A stretch of DNA of 63,971 nucleotides, filler included, from Basidiobolus ranarum (Eukaryota), in assembly GCA_040143965.1 (NCBI GenBank). It is 3 parts of 3 records of this genome, joined end to end, with 100 filler letters (N's around TTAATTAATTAA, not from the genome) between each part and the next. Parts side by side here need not be neighbours in the genome. Positions count along the whole stretch, not along the records: positions 23,277 to 46,410 come from JASJQH010007048.1; 2 more parts are not named here. One strand, 5' to 3'. Both the position numbers and the translations under genes were made by a program. Below the pieces are notes generated by a model that made no database searches, was not told where the DNA came from, and worked only from the letters and a program-made list of their open reading frames with translations. Below, piece by piece: positions 23,277-36,400 of this stretch (its first letter is position 1; each line of letters opens with the position of its first letter).

Positions 23277-25528
23277 CTAAGAGTAAAACGGCCCATCTTC
23301 TCGAGAAGACTGATGCTCTCAAGTCAGAAAGGTACTAATTCTATTATTTTTCATTTATAAATAGCCTATCTTTCTTAAGCTAACTACATTGACTCTTCAG
23401 AACAAAATCCGAGGCCAGAAAAGTTATCGTTAAGGCGTTTTTGGACGCATTTACCCTTTCTGAAGATGAGCTTGAGGTTCTTAGTTCAACCGACGCACCT
23501 TTAAACGAAGCCTTCTTCTCGGCTTTGAGACATTTGCAGAGAATCCACAAGGACTGCCAAGTCCTCATCGCTTCAGACAAACAACTTGTTGGGTTAGATC
23601 TTCCTGTTTTCAAATACTGAAATTTCATGGTTTTTATACATACTATTTTGCCATATTGTGATCAGGACTGAAATTATGAATTCGTTGACTTCAGTACAAG
23701 AGACGGCATTTGATAAACTATTCAAGTGGACACAGTCTGAATGTCGTGTTCTTGGAAGAGACTCTCCTGATATCACGCCAACTCTTAGAATGGCCATCAA
23801 AGAACTAAAACAAAGACCAGAACTATACAGGTAAGATTCTCGTTTACATAGTCAAAGGACTGTAACTTATCGTAAATCATTCGTAGGGCGTGTATAGAGG
23901 AGATGACAGGTTTGAGACGTAACACTGTTGTTCGCTATTTTATTGATGCTTTGACGCGTGGTGGACCTGGTGGTATGCCACGCCCTATTGAGATTTATGC
24001 TCACGATCCTATGAGATATGTTGGAGATATGCTTGCTTGGGTTCACCAAACGGTTGCAAGCGAGCTGGAAATGCTGGAGGCTCTTTACGATGTTAAACTT
24101 GGTAGAATATTCGATTTATTTCAATACAAAAGAAAATCATCTAAATCGCCCTATATTTGAATTGTTCAACAACCTTAGACGTAGAGAACTCCCATGAGAA
24201 AAAGTTGGATCCCGAGGTTCATAACGATTTGGTAGATAGTTTAAATCGGATTGTTGAGGGCGTTGCTAGACCATTGAAAGTAAGTACACACCCATTTATA
24301 TCCTTAATGGCATGAAGCTAAATGAGCGTTATACTCTATAAAGGTGCGAATTGAACAAGTCCTTAGCTCAAGTCTTGAACTTACCATCCGTCATCGTCTA
24401 TCGAACCTGACTCAATTTTATACGTCTATGATGAAAAAGACGTTGGGGACTAAATCGCATCTTATAGAGACGCTCCAGCAGTAAGATTTTATTAAGAATC
24501 TGCTATCGAAATTATATCGCCTCTAACCGCGTGTAACGCAGAATCCAAGAATTAGCATTTGATTACTTCTTCTCTTCCTTGAACGAATATGCCTACGAAA
24601 CATTTAGTGAAGCAGAGGTAATAGCGTAGCTCAAAACAGCGATATCATTGGCTAATCATTCATTATCATCACTAGTCACCTGGAGCTGATTTGACACCGC
24701 CCACTGCTCTAAAATCGACAGTAGCCAAGCTTAAGGAGATCATGTCCTCGTACGAGACCTCTCTCATCGGGCCTCAACGTGATTTAGATTATTCCAGAAT
24801 TCTCGATGGTATCTTGGATCCCTTGTTGAGAATGTGTAGAGCCAGTTCGCAAGATTTAGACCCCATAGCTAGGTCTGTCTTCTTGATCAATTGCATACAA
24901 TACTTACAGGTGAGTTTGGTTCTTTACTCTCCGTATAAACTAGGTCTAATTGCGAGGTTTTTTAGATTTCGCTGTCCCGCTATCAATGCACAGAAGAGCA
25001 GATGCAATTACTCAATGAAGAGACTCAAGGCCACTCCAAGGCATTGACCGAAGAATATGTCAGTAGGATTCTCGTCGTTTGCATCCTTTTTCTTCGTCTA
25101 ATTTTCAATTCCAGTGTATCGAGATTCTCAACAAATCTGGACTTTCTAATATCAAGGATCAACTCGAAGGATCCAATCACGAGGTAAGAGCAAGAGATGA
25201 TTTCGCAGTGAAAAGTATACCAAGTCTAACCCTTGGATACTCCTTGTTTTAGGCCAAACCCATCCCTGTGGGCGAGCTAGAGCCACAGTTGGTTGCTGAT
25301 GCCATGGGACAATTTAATCGCTTTATTTCTGATTTCAATACCTCTTACTCTCCCTTGGGCAGATTGAATAACTCGTCCCTTCGTAGTGAAATCCGAGAAA
25401 ACGCCATTCAAAGGTTTATGGAGTTCTACAGGCAGTTCTACGAAGCAATGAAAAGCAATGAAGCAGGTCTCTTCAGCTCTGTGGTCATGAGAAGTCCACA
25501 TGAGGTAGAGACACTATTGGGGATGTAA
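23277..25528 (+). CDS. COG6: Conserved oligomeric Golgi complex subunit 6, 5'-truncated by the contig end, multi-exon
   Basis: Exons encode [106 protein letters not shown] and [10 protein letters not shown]. Confidence 0.92.
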
Positions 25529-26273
25529 TGACAAACAAAGCAACTTGAACCAAGTTTAGAAAGGTAGCACAGCATGGCTCTAAAAGCAATAAATCACAGC
25601 CACAGCTACGGTCACAGCCACAATCACAGCATCCAATAAATCACCAGATATGGTTTATTGATGAACGGAATAAAATCCCATCGTATTTAGCCATTCCAGC
25701 ACCCAGCATCCCACCATCCCATATTTGTCAAGCAGATAGCTGCGAATTTATACAGAAACATGATCTTGATTCGAGCGAGATAATCATGATTCCAGGGTGG
25801 TAGAAATCTCTTTAGAAGCATGATTGATTGATATATAAGCAACAATGAGCAAGCAATCTGAGATCGATCCAGAGGCCTGTTGGTTGTATGTCCAAGGGTA
25901 GGTAAGGGTGGTAAGGGTGGACGTTTGTCTTCTTAGGTTCCGCTAGTCCCAGAAAAACAAGTCTGGCCCAGGGTTGCTTGGCGAATAGAAGTGCGTTTCG
26001 TCAGATCTACCCATTTTCATCATGGAATGTATCGCTTTAAACTGTTACACCATACATAGTGATATGGTGGATTGTTTTTTTTTCTTAGAAAATGGAATCA
26101 ATGTGACTCGGCATGGATTTTGAGAAGCACTCACTTCCAGCCACATAGCACCTGACCCTTGAAACAAGACCAAATCACTATTTTTACCACTTATTCCTTC
26201 AAAACAAGGTCAACAAGTACACCTTTCACTCCATCTTTAGACATTTCACTTACTACCCCCCTCTAAAGTATAC

Positions 26274-27167
26274 ATGGACAGATATCATCGACTTGAAAAA
26301 TTAGGAGAAGGAACCTATGCCACTGTCTACAAAGGTAAGAATCGGGTCAATGGAGAAACAGTCGCTTTGAAAGAAATCCATCTTGATGCCGAGGAAGGAG
26401 CCCCCTCCACAGCGATTCGGGAGATTTCCCTTATGAAAGAACTCAAACATGTGAATATCGTTCGGTTACACGATGTAGTTCATACAGAGAATAAGCTTAT
26501 GCTAGTATTCGAGTTTATGGAACAAGACTTAAAAAAGTATATGGATACTCATGGAAATAACGGTGCTTTAGAACCACTCATTATTAAGTCGTTTATGTTT
26601 CAATTACTTCGTGGTATCGCTTTTTGTCATGAAAACCGAGTACTTCATAGAGACTTGAAACCACAAAACCTTCTTATTAACTCCCGTTGTGAACTAAAAC
26701 TTGGAGATTTCGGGTTAGCTAGGGCGTTTGGTATTCCAGTGAATACTTTCTCTAATGAAGTGGTCACCCTTTGGTATCGAGCACCGGATGTATTATTAGG
26801 TTCACGTAATTATACCACTACTATTGATATTTGGTCAGCTGGATGTATTATGGCCGAGATGTACACGGGTAGACCATTATTCCCAGGAACTACTAATGAC
26901 GACCAATTGTTAAAGATATTTCGTACTTTGGGTACCCCTTCAGAACATACTTGGCCTGGAGTCAGTCAGTTCCCAGCATATAGGAATAATTTCCCATTTT
27001 ATTCACCTCAAAGTTTAAGTCAAATTTTACCTATGATCGATCCTTATGGTATCGATTTACTCTCTAGGATGTTGCAATATCAACCACATCTAAGAATCTC
27101 CGCTAAAGATGCTTTACAACATGTTTACTTTCAGGATTTAAATGTCGGTGGTGCACGTCATATGTAG
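26274..27167 (+). CDS. PHO85: Cyclin-dependent kinase Pho85/CDK5 family (intronless)
   Basis: [45 protein letters not shown] and [27 protein letters not shown]. Confidence 0.96.
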   Translation: MDRYHRLEKLGEGTYATVYKGKNRVNGETVALKEIHLDAEEGAPSTAIREISLMKELKHVNIVRLHDVVHTENKLMLVFEFMEQDLKKYMDTHGNNGALEPLIIKSFMFQLLRGIAFCHENRVLHRDLKPQNLLINSRCELKLGDFGLARAFGIPVNTFSNEVVTLWYRAPDVLLGSRNYTTTIDIWSAGCIMAEMYTGRPLFPGTTNDDQLLKIFRTLGTPSEHTWPGVSQFPAYRNNFPFYSPQSLSQILPMIDPYGIDLLSRMLQYQPHLRISAKDALQHVYFQDLNVGGARHM

Positions 27168-27313
27168 ACTAATGATTCTATTTAATCTAATCTTCACTCC
27201 TTCCCCTCTCCTCTTCTCTCGCCACCATGAAATCAAATGAAATGATAGGAATTATGTTATGTACACCACTTCTCCTTCCCCCCCCCCCAAATACTCAACA
27301 ATAAAAAATTCCA

Positions 27314-27405
27314 TAAAAACCCAAATAATCATATCCCAAGAATTCGAATAAATTTGATTTAAAAACCCAAATAATCATATCCCAAGAATTCGAATAAATT
27401 TTATT
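27314..27405. repeat. Near-perfect 46-bp tandem duplication in the PHO85/DYN1 convergent 3' region, containing AATAAA
   Basis: taaaaacccaaataatcatatcccaagaattcgaataaattt[g/t]att occurs twice in tandem. Confidence 0.9.
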
Positions 27406-27459
27406 TAAAATCATTGAAATAATTTTCAGTCAAGGGAAAGTAACCAAATAAAATGGGGA

Positions 27460-30400
27460 TTAAAAAGTGGTAACAATAGCAATACCTCTTTGTGAGATAA
27501 TATTCGATTGTTGAATATTAGCATTCACATAAGCAGTGAATAATAAATCACTTCTATCACCATTAAGATAAACTGGTAATGGAACTTGATTATCTCTAAC
27601 ATCAGAACTAATATCAATCTTCTTAATCCAACGAATTTGTGATGGTTGAAGTTTGGTAGATGGTATGGTACTTAAATTCAAATGATCTACATCCCATTCG
27701 GCTCCTTCTAATTTCAATCCAGTAGTAGTAAAGGAGTTCGCTTCACCCGTCATGCCTACTCCAATATCAAGTTCAAGACTGAGTTCTTCAAGTGACCATG
27801 AATTGGCTTGAGCAACCGCTTGTCGAGTAGCCGTGATAAATGCTTCCGGAATAAATAATCCACCCATCCAAATCTCCCGATCTTGATAAGATGAAGCTTT
27901 AGCAATCTCTTCCAGTTGTTGAAGTCGAACAGTAAGATCAGCAACCCAGTGATTGAGTGAGATATTCTTAGGAACTTTATAACGACGCCAGTGATCCGGT
28001 ATAATTCCCTTGGTTAGACAACTGAGGAGCATTCTTAAATGATTTGTTTGCTTTAGTTCTCCTTGACAGACGTTCTCTAGATCCTTCAAATCTTGACGTA
28101 CTTTCAATAACAAATTGTGACCACTTTGAATTTCTCGTTCAAATACTCGGAAAAGTGGATCCTTAATGCTATCTGGTGTTCGTGTGATCTTGGAAAGTGA
28201 TTCTGGTAATGCTTGAAGCCAGTTTTGAACTGAGTGATGGATTGATCGCATCCAGGCTGGTTGTGCATTCGTTTCACTTTGAGTGGAGGATTCTCCGGTA
28301 AATACAACTTCATCGTCCTCCGATAGATTCTTCATCTTTCTAACCTTGGTCAATAGTGAGTTTCCTTTGGAGATCATGAGAACACGTTCGGCATTGCCAG
28401 GTAGACCAAGCCATGATGGAGGCTCTCTTTCAGGGAGTGTATTGATCCAATTCAAGAAGTGTTCAATCTTGGTCCCTTCTGGTATGACAAGCTTACTACC
28501 ATCATTGCTGGCGGCGACGAGATCAAAGTTCAAGTCGTAACTGGAGGAAGTGAACAGAGAATTAACAAAGGATTCCAACAAACGTTGATCAAATTCATTA
28601 TCAATGCGACCACCATACACAGATTGAGTGATAAGTGTCTTGATAGCATCCCAAGGGATTTTCTCGGGAGAGAGATTCGAACGACCTTGTGCAACCACAT
28701 CTAACCAACTATCAATTGTATTAAGAGCACAATCTTGATCAGAATCGTTGAATTCATAGATCTTGGTCCAACCCAAAGGAACATAGCGTAATCTTTCTTG
28801 GACAATGGCATGAAGCCAGGCCAATAAGAAGTAAAGTCTAACTCGTTCGTTAGGACCCTTATTCAAGCGATTGGCAGGGATGTTCGATAGAGATTCTAGA
28901 AGGTTGGCCTTAATGCCTGGTGGTGGTTCAAACATAAGGACTCGAGACATTCTCAGTAAATTAACTGGCACCTTGGGATTGGTCTCCATGGTAAGGAACA
29001 GTCTGAAGGACTTGTTAGGTTTCATATTATGAAGTCTCTTCTCAAGTTGAGCTAGCCATTGTGGGGCAAGGTGGACATTCTTAAGCAACACCCAGTTACC
29101 GGTCTTTACGGCACCAGCAATAGCTTGATCAGCAAGACTGAACCCTTCTTGCGATCCCATAGCTACCGAAGTACATTTGGAGCTAACTTCGGCGGCAAGA
29201 TTATCTACACGGTAACTTGCGTCGTAGCCAGGAACAGAACATAACGAAATAGGAGTAGCAGAGTTAATTTCTTCCAAAACCAAACTCTTGAAATTGAGAT
29301 CAGTTTGGTTAAGGAACGATGGTCCGAATACAGCCTCAATATAAGCTGAGGCGGCAGGTAGGAGACGATCAGGACGAAGACACTTAATAAGTAACATCTT
29401 CCTGAAAAGTTCAATGCTAACTGGTATTGCCTCTCCTTCTGTTTCCCAAACAACAGGTACCTCTTTCTCTGGTGTTGTAGATCTCAAGAACTCCTTCCAT
29501 TGATCTTCATTTTCCGCCATATGAGAAAGAAGATTCTTAAAGGCAGGTAATGCCGCATATTGCTTGATACGAATCATCTTTTCGTCATCTAAAAGTCCTT
29601 CAGGAATACCCAGATCCGAGCTGGTCACGGTAACTCCGGGAACAATGTCACCACCGCTAAGCAAGAAATCATATTCGCTCTCGTCCAGTTGATTTGGTGT
29701 GCCACGGTTCTTGATTTGTGACAAAAGCATGGCAAAGGTGATGTGATCCTCGTGAAGAAGTGCGCGTGAAGCACGTCGGAATGCGATGGTAAACAGATCT
29801 CTAGTCAAAATCTCTAAACGTTGATGGTGGTCGGTGATACCCTTGAGATTTGGATTGACCGAAAGAACGTAGTTGAAAATTTCATAGAAGAAATCAAGTG
29901 AGAATTGATAAAAGTGATGTAACTGATTTAGCTGTTCCATTACAAAGAAAATGGCACTACAAGCTTGGGCAAGAGGAGTGTAGACGGTGGTAACATCTTC
30001 CACTTCTTGCATAATAGTGTCAGTCTCTTCAACCTTGCGAGTAACCTCGGCTGCCTCTCTCTTAAGAGTTTCAAGGGTTGTGATGACATTGTCGTCATCC
30101 AAGATATTTCCCTTGGATTCACTGAGAGCTTGAAGAAGAGATTTTTCGAGATGTCTAAGCTTGAGTCGGAATTCACCTTGTAGTTTCACGAGATCGGTTC
30201 TCTTTTGATCGACATCCGGTCTTTCTGCTTTAAGAACCTTGTTAAGACACTGACTCTGCAAACTTCCTCGAGTAACGGTGAAATTGACAAAGGTGACTCG
30301 ACTGCAAACATCAGGGGGGAAGTTAACAGAAGGATCACGAGTAGATAAGAACAGAGTAAACGCAGGGGAGAAATCGATATCTTGTCCACCCAAACGAATC

Positions 30401-33400
30401 AACACACGACCACCAGTACGACGAAGTTCCTTGTTGAGTACTGGGTTCAGGATAGGATCCAGGTTTTCAACATCTTGAATAAGCAATGGATTACCAAAAC
30501 GAAGTGCACTCTCAAGATTCTTAAGGAAGGCGTCATCCAAGAAACTGGTGACAGCAATTTTCCTATCCTTATATTCATTCATTAGGAAGCTTGTAGCCTG
30601 GCCGGAAGGATCAATGACAAGTGGGTAACGATCAAAGCGCTTGAGCATAATAGCATTCTCAATACAAAGATCATCGGCAGGAAGCGAATTAGCTTGCCAA
30701 GCAAGACGCTCATCCGCGGTAGAAAGGTACTCCGTGAGCGAGATATCATGCTTGAATTGAATAGTGGATCTGACCAGATGGTTGGTCCATTTCTGGAATA
30801 ATATCTCACGATATTGCTGATCAAAGTAACCACCATAAGCCAAGAAAGCGGAGGATAGAAGAACATCTCCAACGATGGTTCCCATTTGGGTTTCAAAGGT
30901 TTGACTTCCTTGTTCCCAACGTTCTTTTTCGGATGAAAGACTGTCGAGAAGAGTAAGTGAACGTTCAACCTTGAACTTGACTCTCTCCATTTCGGTCTTG
31001 ATGGCTTGAGTTTCACTGATGAGGATTGCATATTCTTCCTTATATGTAGCAATACTATTCTCTAACTCTTCAATCATCTTTTCAATAGAGGAAGCCTTCT
31101 CCTTAGTCTCTTCAGCACTTCTCTCCAGTTCGATAACCTCGTTACGCAAGGGACCAACTCTGTCCAAGATTCCGGAGTAGTTCACTTGTGCAATGGCCCA
31201 CTTGACTAAAGGTCCACAAGCCTTGGAAGCTTGATTAACTCTTTCAAAGTTGTAATCTGGATCCTTATCCATAAACTCGCGTCTCATCTTTTCGCGTAGA
31301 GAACGAGTAAGTTGCTTCTCAGTGTTATAATTGACGATGCTAGAAATGAAATCATCTCTACGGATGATACTTTGAACAGTCTTCCAACTATCGATCTTAT
31401 GACCAAGGAGAATACAAACTGACTCCATAGCCATTTTTACATGCTTGGGAGGATTTCCCATAGAACGTACTTCAGTAAGATGTTGCTTTTTGATATTACT
31501 GACACTTTTTTGAGCTTCCAAAACGGCGGGTTCGGCATTTTCAAGATCAGTCATGACAATAGCACGACGTTCTTCGATTTCTCTATTTTGAATAGCCAAT
31601 GCAGCTTGAATTTCAATAGAAGCAGCCTTCTTTTTCTCTGCTTCCTGTTGATCTGCTACCATCTTCTTGAGTTTTTCATTGGCTTGTGCATTCTTAGTCT
31701 CTAATTCGGTTTTCTTCAAAGCAAGACTCTTACGCAGTTGATCGACCTTAATCACAGTGTCTCTTAACTTCTCAAGACCAATGTTTAAATGACGTTGTTG
31801 TTCCTCCAAATCCTCTCGTTTCTCATTGAATAATTTAACGTAATGATTGATAAAGTCAAGGTAGTGACGAGGTGTGACATAGTTGTGACGGCCTTGACGT
31901 TTACTCAACTTGGCGTTAACTTCGTAAAGAGAAAGATGAACGAAGACGAAGGCATTGACTATAGCGTCACGATGGCAAGGTGGCAAAGGAAGATCCCGGT
32001 AAGCAATCTGAATCTCTGAAGGAGCTGTGTACGAGGGTACATCCAAATCCAAATTTTGAGTGAATTCCTTTCCTACTTGGAAGAAGGCCTGATCTGACCA
32101 ATCACCAAACCAGTCTAAAACACAACGATTGAATAGAGCTGGTGAAGTGGCAGCACGGGAGGCGAGTCCACCTTCAGGTGGGTTCATTGTGAACACAACG
32201 TGAAGATTCTTCATAACTTGTTGAGTGAACCACTTATAAAGTTCATCACTAGAGTCAAGCATCAATCCTTCACGCTGAGCACCTTCCTTACATTGGGTCA
32301 TTAAAGAAGCATGTTCATCACCTTCAAAGAGACCAGGGACTTCGGCGTTGGCCAATAATGTATTCATTCTTTCAAGGAAACCAGAGTCAAGAACATTGGA
32401 TTCATCCATGATGAAGCAAATCTTCTCACCCTTGCAACCCGCTCGGCGTAATACAGTCCTAAGATCTTCGTCAAAGTCGGCACCAGTATACTTGTTGTGC
32501 GCTTTAATTTGGAAGACACTCAGACCATTCATCCAAGCAACGAATCTAGACAATGTGGTTTTACCACTACCACTTACACCAATAAGCAGTAAGTGACCTT
32601 GCATTTGACGGAATACACGATCAATGCGAAGGACGTGATCCAATACATCATTGAAGAGTACAAGTGGCACATCCAATTCCTCTTCATAGAATACCTTAAG
32701 TCGGGCCTTGGCATACTCACGCAACTCTTCTCTCTTGACAGGGACATAATGCTTAGATAACCAATTAGAGAATAGGATGGGTCGATTTAGGGCCTCCTCT
32801 TGATTAATACTGGTGAAGTGCTTCATGGCAATTTCATCGATCTTATCATCGGTCCATTGTCGTTCCTCCTCAGTTACCAATCGATCTTGGAATAAACGCA
32901 AAGCCTCGTGAGCCCAAATACGAACAAGCCCCTCGACACTAAGGTCTTCCATAGGTTTGATGGCCTCAAAAATACCACGCATCCAACGAGTCAATTCACG
33001 AGGGGAATAGATATAATGAGCTTGCATATCGGGAGTAAAATGACTTTGCGACAGGAGATAGAATTCAACCATCGCAGCTGTGAGAGGTTCGGAGTAGGCT
33101 CTGAGATTAGGGACAACTTTCAGCATCGCTCTGCTGAAAGTACCATAAATCTGATTCAAGGAGAGCTCTCCAGGATAGTCAACCATAACTAATGGTGCGT
33201 GTCTTAAGAACCTATGAGTCATTGGAACACGACCTGGATCAGTTGGAGGGTTACAAGCACCAACGAACTGGATACGCTCAAGCTTAACCCAAGCCTTATC
33301 TGAAGCTCTCCAGAAACCACCATACTCAATAAGTTGTCTAATGAACGAAATCACTCGTTGAGTTCCGTACTTGTCGGTGGCAGGAAGATTGATTTCATCA

Positions 33401-36400
33401 CAGAAAACAACAAGCCATTTACCGATCAAGATTGGAGATAACATAACGCCATTGGGGGTTTTTCTGTACTCGCAATGTTGTTCAAAAGTCTTGAGGATTA
33501 GTTCAGGAGTGGTAGCACTAGAGAAATTGAGACCCACAACTTCCATATCAGGAAGCTTTCGAAGAGCACTAAAGAGAGTCATCGTTTTACCGGAACCGGG
33601 TGGACCACATAGAATGAGTGGTTTATGTTCAGACAACCAAGAGTACAATACATCTTCATGACGAACAGTATCAACAGTTGGGATGACCACATCAGCCTCA
33701 GCCACAGTATGAGTTTCAATCTCGATCACTGGTACCTTTGATTGCCATGGAGTCCATTCACCGGTATTTAAGGTAACGTCAAAATCGATAATAGACATTC
33801 CTGGAGCAAGAGCTGGTAGGTCTATAGTAGTGATTCCACGAACAAACTCACCAAGCTCTGTGCGCAAGTTGAGTTTAGCATCACCGGAGAAACTCCAAAT
33901 AACACTGTAAACTATACGCTTTGAGATGTAATTCTCCATATGATCAACACCCATCGGGAAGTCAGGGTGTTGGGAGTTATACTCCAAAATATTCCGCACA
34001 GTTTTGTTCAAGAGTGAAAAGAGTGTATTGATAACACGCATACGAGTGAAATCCATGATGTGTTCGAGGGTACCAGCGTGTTCAAGAGTTTTGGTGACTA
34101 GGCCATCATCATTGAAGTAAGGTATCATAATAGTAGCACATGATGCTTGAGTAATCATGCTGGGAGACTCCGAAGTACCTTCTTCAGGTTCAATTCTTCG
34201 AGTGAAAGTCTCATCTTCATTATCATCCAAAGCAACCTCCTTAAGAGTTTCCAGGTAGTTGGTGAAAAGCATAGAAAGTGTGACAACATCCTCGCTAAAC
34301 CAAACCATACCACATCTACTTACGGTAGCAAGAGTGGCATACTTGAGTGTCTCTACTTCAAACATGATACGAACGTTAGGAGGTAAGCCCAAACGTTCAC
34401 CATTGGGCAATGTTAGAAGACGATTGTCATCCAACACACTGTTGAGATTTTCAACCCATTCAGGATCAACATCACCATCAAAAATAATCCAGTGGCGTTT
34501 GGCACTTTCACCGCGAACATTATCAACGATCTTTCTCAAAATATGGGTAAAGAGACCATCGGTCCATTCACGAGTTGTGGCATCAAGAGTACCGTATAAA
34601 GCATCTTTGGAGATGGCCTTAGGATCGATAACATAGTCCACACCCTCAACACCTTCAACTCTCTCCAACGCTTGAAGAAGTACTTGCCAGGCCATGGATT
34701 TACCACTTCCGGATGGACCGACCATCATTAAACCATGGTGAATATTTTGAATTTGATAGAGCTGAAGTACTTTTTCGAGCCACATTTCACCTGGAACTAG
34801 GCGTCGTTCTGCGCAAACCTTTTGAATCTCTGCTCTAAGACGATCGAGATCAACAGGTACATAATCAACGCCGGGGAAAACGTCAGCCAAAAGGCTTCTA
34901 AGGAGTGGGATATCATCAGCAACCAATTTAGGAACCACAGTCTCACGAATACTCTGAATCAAAATCTCTTGTTCAGGCAAGCCCTCGGAGATTTGCTCAA
35001 AGTGGGATCCTTCTTCACCTTGTTCTTGGATGATGAGTCTAATAGATTGTAAACGATCACGCTTCAAGTTACCTGCACTGACCAAGACGCTCTTCAATGC
35101 ACGAAGACCGAAATCATAGTGAGATTGAGGAGAAAGTTGCTCAGCACAAAGGTTGAATAGAGGAACAACTTTGGAAGCCAACAACTCAGCAGTACGGAAA
35201 CCTTGAGAATAAAGCATGACCTGCGCAATTAGTTCACGATCAGGCTTAGTCATAGCAATGCTTCGGAATAACTTTTTCAAGTTATCGGGAAGGTTCGATC
35301 TTCCAGCATAACCAGGATTCATGGTGATGAAAATACCAGTAGCAGAGTTAACCTTAACATTACGACCAACGATGTCGATTTCTAAGTTCGGGTTAGTCAT
35401 AGCCTCCTTCAGACCAGTTTGAATGGTTTGGACTTGTTGTGACACAGCACTAAGAATACGTTCTTCAAGACGATTGAACTCATCAAAGCAACCCCAAGCG
35501 CCAACTTGGCATAAACCGATGAAGATTCTTCCCATAGCTTGGAAATCGAAGTTTTCATCGCAACAAAAGACTAAAACAAATCGACCCAATTGTACGCCGA
35601 GCGCCTTTACTGACTCAGTTTTACCGGTACCAGCAGGTCCGAATGGTGAACCACCAAGTCGTGCTTCCAAAGCCTGAGTAAGGGTAAGGTAGCAACGATC
35701 GGTAAGAGGAGTTTGTACTAAGCGGTCGGGTACGCCAAGATATTCATAACCATAATAGAATGATGCGTTGGCCATTTGAATGCTAAGTCTATGAAGGGGA
35801 TCCTCAACACTTCCATTGAAGTAGAAACGCATTTGATAGAGCCAATCGAAGTCCTTAGCCGAGCATACCTTGTTGGAGATCAACAAACGGATGACATCCC
35901 TTTGGTGAACTAACTCAGTAATTAGGTGCTCACACTTTCTACGTTTGATAGGTTGCAAGTCGGATAAGACAGCATCAGCAAGAACGTTAAGACTACGCTC
36001 AACTAATCCAAGTGAATCCTTAATAGGTGTGAAATCTCCAGGGTTCTGATCAGCGATTGTATTGAGAGCTTTATCAACAGATTGAGACCAGGTGACTTGT
36101 GCAGCAAGAACAACAAGCTGTGCAGGGTACTTATCAATCCAGTCCAAGAAAGCACCTTGGTTAAGCTCTTGTTCGTAATAAAAGTTGTCCATTTCTCCTA
36201 CTGCGTCAGTGAGTAATTGTGCCAAAGAAACCTTCATTTCTTTTTCCAACAAAGTTAACCAATCATTAATCTTGGGGTGATCTTTGATGGAAACAGGGCT
36301 CTTAAAGTATACTTCTTCGCCTTCACGAGAAGCCATACCGAGAATAATGGTGGTATCTTCATTTAGAAGAATGTTGGAGATACCAGCAAACATTTTCTTG

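Noticed and set aside
11159..27167. Apparent phosphate-signalling cluster (ERD1/EXS, Pcl cyclin, PHO85)
   Set aside because: The cyclin and PHO85 are separated by an artificial contig spacer and COG6, and ERD1 lies many unrelated genes away. Linkage is unproven.
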